Assembly (NCBI GenBank): GCA_038889235.1
Contig: JAWAHN010000003.1
Location: forward strand, 22,437 to 53,605
Direction of reading: 5' to 3'
DNA length: 31,169 nt
From: Candidatus Jordarchaeales archaeon
GTDB taxonomy: Archaea > Asgardarchaeota > Jordiarchaeia > Jordiarchaeales > Freyrarchaeaceae
Shown: piece by piece, positions 18,404 through 26,173 of the stretch
Position numbering within the stretch: the first letter of the stretch is position 1
Layout of the letters: each line of letters opens with the position of its first letter
Translations under genes and position numbers: made by a program
Notes under the pieces: generated by a model
Seen by the model: the letters and a program-made list of their open reading frames with translations, nothing else
Told to the model about the DNA's origin: nothing
Databases searched by the model: none

Positions 18404-18919
18404 GTGGCGTCGATAGTTGAAGCGATAAAGGCTACCTGGCGCCAGAGGTGGTTTAGGCTCAGCGTCCTAGCAGGGGTAATAGTGATAGGATTCTTCCTAC
18501 CGCTTGCATCAACAGCTCCCGACGGCCTGGAGCGAACCGTAGAGAGTTTGGTCCAACCGCTAGACATCACGTTGATGCTTATTTACTACGGCGAGGTGAC
18601 AGGGGAGACGGGGCCCCTGAGTGCTTGGCTAACCTTCCTGGGAATCAACTACCTGTTGCGGGCGCCGATGCCAGACTACGTGTTGCTTCAGCTAGCTCCG
18701 GGGGTTTATGTGAGCTACGTGCTTGAGATGATGAGTGCGCTCCAAGTGCTGGGACTAGCATCCTTCGAAATTCCAGAAGACGTCGTAGCGCTGCTGCTTA
18801 GCTCGGCTGGCGGACACGAGTATCTGGCATCTCTCACAGCGTCGCTAATAGGTTTCTTCGTGGTTCTCGGAGTAACCTGGCTGGTTGGCTTCGCCCTCAA
18901 GAAGAGGAAGGCGGCTTAA
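18404..18919 (+). CDS. CbiN/NikN-like PDGLE-domain membrane component
   Basis: FFLPLASTAPDGLERT (PDGLE motif), C-terminal TM helix, 1-nt spacing from cbiM. Confidence 0.75.
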   Translation: MASIVEAIKATWRQRWFRLSVLAGVIVIGFFLPLASTAPDGLERTVESLVQPLDITLMLIYYGEVTGETGPLSAWLTFLGINYLLRAPMPDYVLLQLAPGVYVSYVLEMMSALQVLGLASFEIPEDVVALLLSSAGGHEYLASLTASLIGFFVVLGVTWLVGFALKKRKAA

Positions 18920-18947
18920 GCTCCGCCGGGACGCCATGGGCGTTTGA

Positions 18948-19021
18948 GGGGGCTGCCGGGGGGTTTACACAGTCCACCGCCCCCCACGTAACCCTCCCCC
19001 TCCCGGCACCCCCCTTTTTTT
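18948..19021 (+). terminator. GC-rich hairpin followed by T7
   Basis: GGGGGCTGCCGGGGGG (18948-18963) pairs with CCTCCCGGCACCCCCC (18999-19014) except for one G.U wobble and one mismatch, followed by TTTTTTT. Confidence 0.6.
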
Positions 19022-19092
19022 GGTATTATTTCGAACAAAAAGAATATTAACTCTGGACTTCATGTTTCCTTCAAAACTCGGAGGAAGCAGCG

Positions 19093-20016
19093 GTGCGTGG
19101 AGCCGGTTTCAAGGAGTTTTTCGAGCTGTTCGAGCGTCTTCTCGACGCTGAAAGGTTTAACAGTATAAATTCACCTGTCCACAGGCTTGACCCCCGTGTC
19201 AAGATACTTGCTTCCACAGCCATCATACTGTCCGCCATAGCCGTGGACGGCTTCTTCTACCTGATACCGTTAGCGTTCGCAGTCCTGTTTTTGCTGTCCA
19301 TCTCTAGGCTGCCTAGGGCTGTGTTTCTCTCCCGCTCACTTCCCTTCACTCTTCTCAGCGCACTGGTCGTTCTACCGGCCCCATTTGTGACCCCCGGGGT
19401 TCCCGCTGCAACAATTCACCTCCCCCTGGTCACCGTCACCCCGACATTTGAGGGGGTTTACAGGGCTGTAACCTTCGTTTTTAGAGTTTGGATCTGCATA
19501 TCTTCGGCGCTGCTCCTAACTTTCACGACGAGATTCCCAGATATCGCCGCAGGGTTAAGGGGGATGGGGTTTCCATCCCTCCTTTCATTAATCCTGCTCC
19601 TAACATACAGGTACTCCTTCCTCTTCGCCGACGAGGCTTTGAAGATGCTTCAAGCAAAGGAGTCTAGGACGCTTAAAAAGGAGGGCTTCTTCGAGAGGGT
19701 TAGGTTAGTTGGAAAAATGACCGGCTGCCTTCTCTTGAGAGCCTACGAGAAGGGTGAAGAAGTTTACTACGCCATGAGCTTGAGAGGCTTCCATGGAGAG
19801 CTGGCTCCAACGGTCTCCAAGCTCAAGCTGAGGGCGTGTGACGTGGCGTTCGCCGTGGCGTTCACCGCGTTTTGCCTCACCGTTGCCCTGCTTGGGTGGG
19901 GTGGTCCATCTTTTGTGGCGTTCTGGCTTCCACTCGCCAAGATAATCGTGGTCAAAGCTTTGCTAAGGTGGGTCGTGTTAATAATACCTTTGTCGGGGGG
20001 CTTCGCTGTTGCGTAG
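19093..20016 (+). CDS. cbiQ: Cobalt/nickel ECF transporter T component, CbiQ family
   Basis: 307 aa, RLDPRVKILAS N-terminal region, coupling motif AMSLRGFHGE, downstream of CbiM/N and overlapping CbiO. Confidence 0.9.
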   Translation: MRGAGFKEFFELFERLLDAERFNSINSPVHRLDPRVKILASTAIILSAIAVDGFFYLIPLAFAVLFLLSISRLPRAVFLSRSLPFTLLSALVVLPAPFVTPGVPAATIHLPLVTVTPTFEGVYRAVTFVFRVWICISSALLLTFTTRFPDIAAGLRGMGFPSLLSLILLLTYRYSFLFADEALKMLQAKESRTLKKEGFFERVRLVGKMTGCLLLRAYEKGEEVYYAMSLRGFHGELAPTVSKLKLRACDVAFAVAFTAFCLTVALLGWGGPSFVAFWLPLAKIIVVKALLRWVVLIIPLSGGFAVA

Positions 20017-20878
20017 TGTGGTTCTCGAAGCTGACGACGTCTGGTTCACCTACCCTGACGGCACACAGGCGTTGAAAGGAGTAAGCTTCAGGGTGTTTAG
20101 TGGGGAAACCGTGGTCCTGCTCGGGCCTAGTGGGGCTGGTAAGTCAACTCTGCTCCTCCACTTCGCGGGCATACTGTTTCCCACGTCTGGCAGCGTCTAC
20201 GTTTGCGGCGAAAGGGTTTCGAGAAGGAACGTCAGAGAGGTGAGGAGACGCGTGGGCTTCGTCTTCCAGAACCCTGAAAGCCAGCTCTTCTGCCCGACCC
20301 TCTGGGAGGATGTGGCCTTTGGCCCAATTAACATGGGACTTCCGCCGGACGAGGTTGAGAGAAGGGTTAGGATGGCGCTGGAAGCCGTCGGCCTCCTAGA
20401 CTACGCCCGTAAGCACCCTCACCACCTGAGTTTCGGGGAGAAGAGGAGAGCTGCCCTCGCCACAGTTCTATCCATGGACCCCGAGATATATCTCTTCGAC
20501 GAGCCGACAGCAAACCTTGACCCAAAAAACGCCTCGTATGTCGTCGGCAAGATAGTGCAGCTTTCAGAGGAGGGGAAAACCGTTCTAGTAGCAACACACG
20601 ACATCAACATGCTTCCACAAGTGGCTTCGAGAGTCGTCGTTATGAGCGGCGGCAGAGTTGTCTCAGACGGGAAGCCGGAGGAGGTCCTTTCAGACTTCAA
20701 GCTCATCGAGGAAGCCGGGTTACAGCCGCCAGTGGTCACAAGCCTCCTCCATGGCATTCACGAAGAAGGAATACTGAACGTAGATACGCCGTACCCGATC
20801 TCCCTGGAGGCTGCGAAGTGGAAGATAAGGGAGAGCGTGAAGAAACTGCTGGAGGGTGCACGAAGCCCTGCAAAGTAA
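20009..20878 (+). CDS. cbiO: Cobalt/nickel ECF transporter ATPase, CbiO family
   Basis: Walker A GPSGAGKST, QNPESQLFCPTLWEDVAFGP, LSFGEKRR, DEPTANLDPK, THDINM. Confidence 0.95.
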   Translation: MRSVVLEADDVWFTYPDGTQALKGVSFRVFSGETVVLLGPSGAGKSTLLLHFAGILFPTSGSVYVCGERVSRRNVREVRRRVGFVFQNPESQLFCPTLWEDVAFGPINMGLPPDEVERRVRMALEAVGLLDYARKHPHHLSFGEKRRAALATVLSMDPEIYLFDEPTANLDPKNASYVVGKIVQLSEEGKTVLVATHDINMLPQVASRVVVMSGGRVVSDGKPEEVLSDFKLIEEAGLQPPVVTSLLHGIHEEGILNVDTPYPISLEAAKWKIRESVKKLLEGARSPAK

Positions 20879-21077
20879 ACTCGAGCTCCCTACGAGGAAG
20901 ACGTGTCGGCGAAGAGGTCTCCTGCCTTACCGGTCTCTACGAGCGCCGGTTGGTGGAGAACGCCACCCCCTGTGATGGCTTTTTTGAGCCCTCCACGGCG
21001 CCATTTAACCCCTTGCCGTCCTGCAGGATGCATGATGAGCTACTACACCTCCGTGGCGCTGTCCTCCATGTTTTAGT

Positions 21078-22034
21078 CTACAATAATCTTTTGGGGGTCA
21101 GTTTTTGACTTTCCAAGAAGCTTTTCACCTGGCTTAGCGTGGGGAGCCCATCTACTGCCCCGTGCGCCGTGCACTTCAAAGCCGCTGTTGCACTCGCTAT
21201 CATAATCGTCTCGCTTAGGGGGAGATGTTTGACGAGCCCGTATATCACGCCAGCGTTCCAAGCGTCCCCGGCTCCGACGGTATCTACTACTCTCACGGGA
21301 TATGCCTCCATAAACCAGAGAGATGACCGGTCGCCTAGCACCGAGCCCCGTTCGCCCATCTTCACACCGACAACCCTCGCCCCCATCCTCCTACACTCCT
21401 CAACTATTTCCTCGGGCTCTGTTTCGCCGAGGAGGAAGCGGTACTCCCCAACCGTAGCTAGAATCACGTCCGACCTTTTTGCCGCTTCAAGTGTAACCTC
21501 CCTTGCCTCCTCCTCGCTCTCCCAGGAGTCTGGCCTGTAGGTTGGGTCGAAGGAGACTATGACCCCCCTTTTTCTGAGCTCTTCAACCATCTTCAAAGCA
21601 TTCACCCTCAAGGGTTCATGTGACAGGGGGAGCCCTGTGAAGTGGAAGACCGCCGCCTTGAACGCTACGGCTAGGTCTTCCTCGCCCAGCTCGAGCTCGG
21701 TGTCTGCTGAAACCACCCACGGCCTTCTGTAAAAGAAGAAAACGTTTTCCCCTTTTAGGCGCGATACGAAGGCTAGCGTCGTCCTATGGCTTGTAACCCT
21801 CACCCTCTCGACGTTCACACGGTTAGCTTTTAGGGTGTCTAGCAAGAACTCGCCGAAAGGGTCACACCCGACTGCCGCTATGGCCGCCACGTTAAGGCCT
21901 AGACGGGAGCATGCTATAGCGGTATTCATTGGAGCGCCGCCAAAGCAGACCTTAAACAACCTATCCCCGACTGGGACAAAGTCGGCGATAATTTCCCCGA
22001 AACAGACGACGTCCAAGCGCCATACCCCCAACAA
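21078..22034 (-). CDS. PfkB-family carbohydrate kinase (ribokinase/fructokinase type)
   Basis: GEIIADFVPVGD, GGAPMNTAIACSRLG, DTVGAGDAWNAGVI. Confidence 0.93.
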   Translation of the reverse strand: MLGVWRLDVVCFGEIIADFVPVGDRLFKVCFGGAPMNTAIACSRLGLNVAAIAAVGCDPFGEFLLDTLKANRVNVERVRVTSHRTTLAFVSRLKGENVFFFYRRPWVVSADTELELGEEDLAVAFKAAVFHFTGLPLSHEPLRVNALKMVEELRKRGVIVSFDPTYRPDSWESEEEAREVTLEAAKRSDVILATVGEYRFLLGETEPEEIVEECRRMGARVVGVKMGERGSVLGDRSSLWFMEAYPVRVVDTVGAGDAWNAGVIYGLVKHLPLSETIMIASATAALKCTAHGAVDGLPTLSQVKSFLESQKLTPKRLL

Positions 22035-22180
22035 GACGAAAGATTAGGGAAGACTCCTTAAATTTCTGCACGCAAGCTCCCATTCTCCTCGGAGAACTAG
22101 GATCCCTGGAAAACAGATATATAAAGGATGATTCTAGTGGTGAGTTAAGCTCTCCCCGGGGTGACAAAGATTGGTGGGGG

Positions 22181-23401
22181 ATGACTCTTTTGGGGTCAGA
22201 GCTTCTCTCGAGAGCCACGTTCAAGCGCCTACTCTTACAGGCGCTCTCCTCCCAGACATTCAACTTGTCCGGGGTTACTGCTGGAGTAATAGTGGCGACC
22301 CTGTCCGCTTACACCCAGATGAACCCCTGGATCCTCGTTCTACTCCCCCCCTTACTAACGATAAGAGGGAATATTGGTGGCATCCTATGTGGGAGGCTTA
22401 GCACCTCTCTATATACTGGTCTCATAAAACCGGTGTTTTGGAAAAACACACGCTACTACTACGCGACCATCGCAAGCACTTTTGTCATGAGCTTCTTATT
22501 CTCCATCGTGATAGGCGTTTTTTCATTCTTTATAGTGAATGCGATGTATGGGGGTAACCTCAGTTTAACGGACACTCTCTCCCTAGCAGTGCTCGTCATG
22601 ATGACCTGCTCCACAATGGCGCAGCTCTTCACGCCGATAATAGCGATCTCCTCCTACAGGAGGGGGCTTAACCCCGACATGATACTCTACCCCATCACGT
22701 CCACGGCTAACGACATAGCGATAAGCGCTACATACACGCTTCTCGTGCTCGTCAAACTTTTCTGGAGCGGGGTCTTCGCCGCCCTCTCCTTAATACTGCT
22801 GCCATCCTTCATCGCGGCTGCAGCCATATTAACGTTGAAGTACTGGAGGGAGGAAGGGTTCAGGGAGACGTTCAAAGAGGGCTTCCCGACAGCCCTTCTC
22901 CTCACCTTCATCAGCCAGATAACGGGCAGCTTCTTATCCCAGCTGGAAGACCAGATAGCGGTGTACCCTCAAATCCTAGCAGTCTACCCCATACTGATAG
23001 ACGGCGTCGGAGACGTGGGTGTGATCATTTCGTCGGCGACAACAGCTAGACTAGCCCTCGGTTACATAGAGCCGCGAATGCGCAGCATTAAAGGTGAGGA
23101 GGGAAGAAAAGTCGTGTTCAGCTCCCTAATAGCAGGTCTCACACTGATATTGAGCGTCACTTTCTTAGCGTCGTCAGTTTACACGCCGTCGCTTACTCAG
23201 ATCGTGCACTCCTTCTTGATAGTCGCGTGTGCCGTGCTCCTAGTAACGGTGCCCATAACCGTCGTCTCGTTCGGTATTACAATTCTGACGTTCAAGAGAG
23301 GTATAAACCCTGACAACGTGACAATCCCAATTATAACATCATTTGCAGACTTCTTCATCACGGCTTCACTCTTCACCGCATCCCAGCTCGTCGTATTCTA
23401 G
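22181..23401 (+). CDS. MgtE/SLC41-like divalent cation transporter, two tandem membrane halves, no N or CBS domain
   Basis: Internal duplication: PPLLTIRGNIGGILCGRLSTSL / YPILIDGVGDVGVIISSATTARL and RGLNPDMILYPITSTANDIAI / RGINPDNVTIPIITSFADFF. Confidence 0.75.
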   Translation: MTLLGSELLSRATFKRLLLQALSSQTFNLSGVTAGVIVATLSAYTQMNPWILVLLPPLLTIRGNIGGILCGRLSTSLYTGLIKPVFWKNTRYYYATIASTFVMSFLFSIVIGVFSFFIVNAMYGGNLSLTDTLSLAVLVMMTCSTMAQLFTPIIAISSYRRGLNPDMILYPITSTANDIAISATYTLLVLVKLFWSGVFAALSLILLPSFIAAAAILTLKYWREEGFRETFKEGFPTALLLTFISQITGSFLSQLEDQIAVYPQILAVYPILIDGVGDVGVIISSATTARLALGYIEPRMRSIKGEEGRKVVFSSLIAGLTLILSVTFLASSVYTPSLTQIVHSFLIVACAVLLVTVPITVVSFGITILTFKRGINPDNVTIPIITSFADFFITASLFTASQLVVF

Positions 23402-23580
23402 AAGTGAAAAGAGCTCTCAAACCCTTTCGAGACCTTAAACGTCTGAACTTCAACACTCACATCTCAGCTCTAGGAGACTCTGCCAGCAGGCAGCCGCCCC
23501 AGCAAGGGCCCCTCTTAAAGCGGAAGCCTTTTCTGAGACGCCACACATTCTTAATTTAAACTGTCTCGGGGTGCACAGGC

Positions 23581-24090
23581 TTGCCGAGAAGAGGAGCCAG
23601 ATGGGAGCTCGTTGGGATGCTTTTCGCAATACTGATGATGCTGGGCCTCTTGGTGCCTACGGTTACAATACAGACGACGCTTTTCGGCACCGTGGTTGAC
23701 ATGGATGCGTGGTTTGGCTCGTTAAACAGCATAGTGTGTTTAATCGGGGGAATAATATGCATAATAGGAGTCTTCCTTACGTTCGCAACGAAAGGCTACG
23801 CGATAAATGAGGGACTAGCGATTTTCGGGGGCAGCGTAGCATTAACGTCATCGTTCCTCTACTTAGCAGGTAGAGTAGGCGCATCGATAAACTACATGCT
23901 TCTCAAAGTCCCCTTCGCATACTATCTCTACATCTACCAAGGAGAGTGGCACTACGTCCTCCTGTACCGTGACATCCCAATATACTTGGCAACGCTCCAA
24001 ATCCCCCTAGGACCAATAGTTACGTGCGTTTCCGCATTCATAGTCATTGTACTATTTCTAGCACTACTAGGTGGATACTGGAGGAGATGA
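23581..24090 (+). CDS. Integral membrane protein, about four TM segments, unknown
   Basis: 169-aa hydrophobic ORF, TTG start; an internal ATG start is possible. Confidence 0.55.
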   Translation: MPRRGARWELVGMLFAILMMLGLLVPTVTIQTTLFGTVVDMDAWFGSLNSIVCLIGGIICIIGVFLTFATKGYAINEGLAIFGGSVALTSSFLYLAGRVGASINYMLLKVPFAYYLYIYQGEWHYVLLYRDIPIYLATLQIPLGPIVTCVSAFIVIVLFLALLGGYWRR

Positions 24091-24837
24091 AACAAAGGAT
24101 GTCTTTCTCCCTCTCAGCCCGGTAAACTCGGCAAACCCGTCTTTGAAATGATGGAGCACCAAGACCATACGCAAAACACCCGTTTTTTCTTTCCATTCAC
24201 TTTTAAAGGGCGAAGGAACGTAGAAAGATGAAGTAGCTGCACGGGTGTCGCGAAGAAATCGCAGCACATCACCTGGGATATCACCGATTTCTACTGGAAT
24301 TAGTAGCTTCCTCTGCTCTAGAAGCTAGTCGGTCATGAAACTTTTAAAGAAAAGGCTAAGAAAAATTGGCAGCTAAAATCAAAAGGCTGAATAAGCCAAG
24401 TCTTTTAAAAATCCCGCCTGCAGAACAGACACTCTTAGGAGATCGCTGGCCGAATTCATGCCGAGAAGATGCCCGGTCAACCCTCGTTTCGAAGGAGTCG
24501 AAAACGTGCTCCAGTTAGATTGACACCTACGGAACGGTGTATGAAACCGTAAGCGCCGCTCCCTTACTTTTTGAGGGACATGGTAGTTCTAGATGGCCGA
24601 CTTAAAGAGCCCTGAAGGTCAAAAAAAGTTGGCTGAATAGGTGAATCTTATCCTGACAACGGGGGGAACAAAAAATAGTTAGTTTCAAGGATTAATGGTG
24701 TGAAAAGCGTCTCATACAACGCTGAAGGAATACGTTGACAAGGAGGGTAAAGAAACCCTTCGGAGAAGAAATGTAAAAGTGTGAGGAAAGTTAAGAAAGT
24801 GTTTTGCTGGTTGTAAATCCTACCCGAGGTGTGATAA

Positions 24838-25302
24838 GTGAAGGCGAGAAACGTGCTCGCACTTGCGCTCATCTTCTCGCTATTCCTGTCAACTCTAGCG
24901 GTCTTATTCGCTCCGAAAACAATCTGGCTTACCATACCATACCGCGATGTTGAAACACGCGACCTCACCTTTACAGTAGAAGCAGGAAAGTATTATGACG
25001 TCAACTTCTACCTGCCCTCAGGATACTCTGTAAACTTTTCATTCAACCTTTCGGGACCAACTTTCATGAGAGTATACCTGATGGACTCGGAGAATTTTAA
25101 AAGATATGAGGAAGGAAAAGAAGACTATACCTCGATTCTCACCATAGACGCTATTCCAGGTGAAGTATATCAAGGGAATTACACTGCTGCGAGAAGCGAC
25201 AGGTACCACCTTGTTTTCGAGAATTCTATTTCTAATGCTAGTGTGAGCTTGGTGATTGACTTGGAGGTGCAGAGATTTCTGTTTGTGCCTTACAGAACTT
25301 AG
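24838..25302 (+). CDS. Membrane-anchored or secreted beta-rich protein
   Basis: 154 aa. N-terminal hydrophobic signal/anchor (NVLALALIFSLFLSTLAVLFA), then a beta-sandwich-like region ending SDRYHLVFENSISNASVSLVIDLEV. GAGGTG upstream. Confidence 0.6.
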   Translation: MKARNVLALALIFSLFLSTLAVLFAPKTIWLTIPYRDVETRDLTFTVEAGKYYDVNFYLPSGYSVNFSFNLSGPTFMRVYLMDSENFKRYEEGKEDYTSILTIDAIPGEVYQGNYTAARSDRYHLVFENSISNASVSLVIDLEVQRFLFVPYRT

Positions 25303-25334
25303 CTTACATATTTTCCTAGTTGGGAGGGTTTGGT

Positions 25335-25724
25335 GTGCTGGATGAGGAGGAGTATTCGAGGTGGATTAGGTCTGCTTTGAGTTCTGCTAGGGGTGACTTA
25401 GAGAAGGGTGATTACAACTGGGCTTGTTTTAAGGCTCAGCAGGCGGCTGAGTTTGTTGTCAGGGGGCTATTTCACGGGCTCGGTTTTCCTGCCTATGGAC
25501 GTAGTGTGTCGAAGTTGTTTGAATGTCTCCCAGAGAGTTTAAGTGCTGAGTGCCCTATTTGGGAAGCTAGAGTTTTGGACAGGTATTATATTCCAATTAA
25601 GATATCCTAACGCTTGGGCGGAGGGGTTCCAGCCGACTACTATATGAGGGAAGACGCTGAAAAAATGCTATTAATTAATGCCGAAAAATCATTGAGTGGG
25701 TGGATGAAAAGTGGAGGTTGTTAA
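25335..25724 (+). pseudogene. HEPN-domain protein (antitoxin/toxin partner of MNT), frame disrupted
   Basis: RWIRSALSSARGDLEKGDYNWACFKAQQAAEFVVRGLFHGLGF is typical HEPN. Frame 0 hits TAA at 25608-25610, but homologous-looking sequence continues (GVPADYYMREDAEKM...) to TAA 25722-25724. Confidence 0.75.
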
Positions 25725-26101
25725 GGAGAGAAGGCGTGTTAGAGAAGAAGTGATCGGAAAGGTCTCGGAGTGGGCGCGCGGCTTGCCCTTCAAGTGTACC
25801 GTGGTGCTTATCGGGTCTTACGCGAGAGGTGACTTCAACCTTTGGAGTGACGTAGACCTCCTCCTTATTTCTGACGAGCTTAAGGGTAAACCCTTAGAGA
25901 GAATGAAAAAACATAGACGCGACCTCAGGGTTCCAAGTTATACCGTTAACTGTTGAGGAATACCGTTGGCAGGAAAGGAAAGGTAATCCTTTAGCCAGTG
26001 AGGCGAAAAGGAGTGGTGTCGTGGTAAGAGATGATGAAAAATATTCGAGTGACGGTGTTTCTCTCACTTTTCGTTTTAAAACCTGCCTGCACATTCTTTG
26101 A
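25711..26101 (+). pseudogene. MNT-type nucleotidyltransferase, frameshifted in an A6 tract
   Basis: VVLIGSYARGDFNLWSDVDLLLISDELKG is the MNT GSxARGD..SDxDL motif. The frame ends at 25956, while the neighbouring frame continues FQVIPLTVEEYRWQERKGNPLASEAKRSGVVV to a TGA at 26099-26101. Confidence 0.75.
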
Positions 26102-26173
26102 ATGTTATAAATGTGAAGACAAGCGATAATGTTGCCGTGCTTTGTTCATGTGGCGAGTGGGAGTGAGGAGCAA

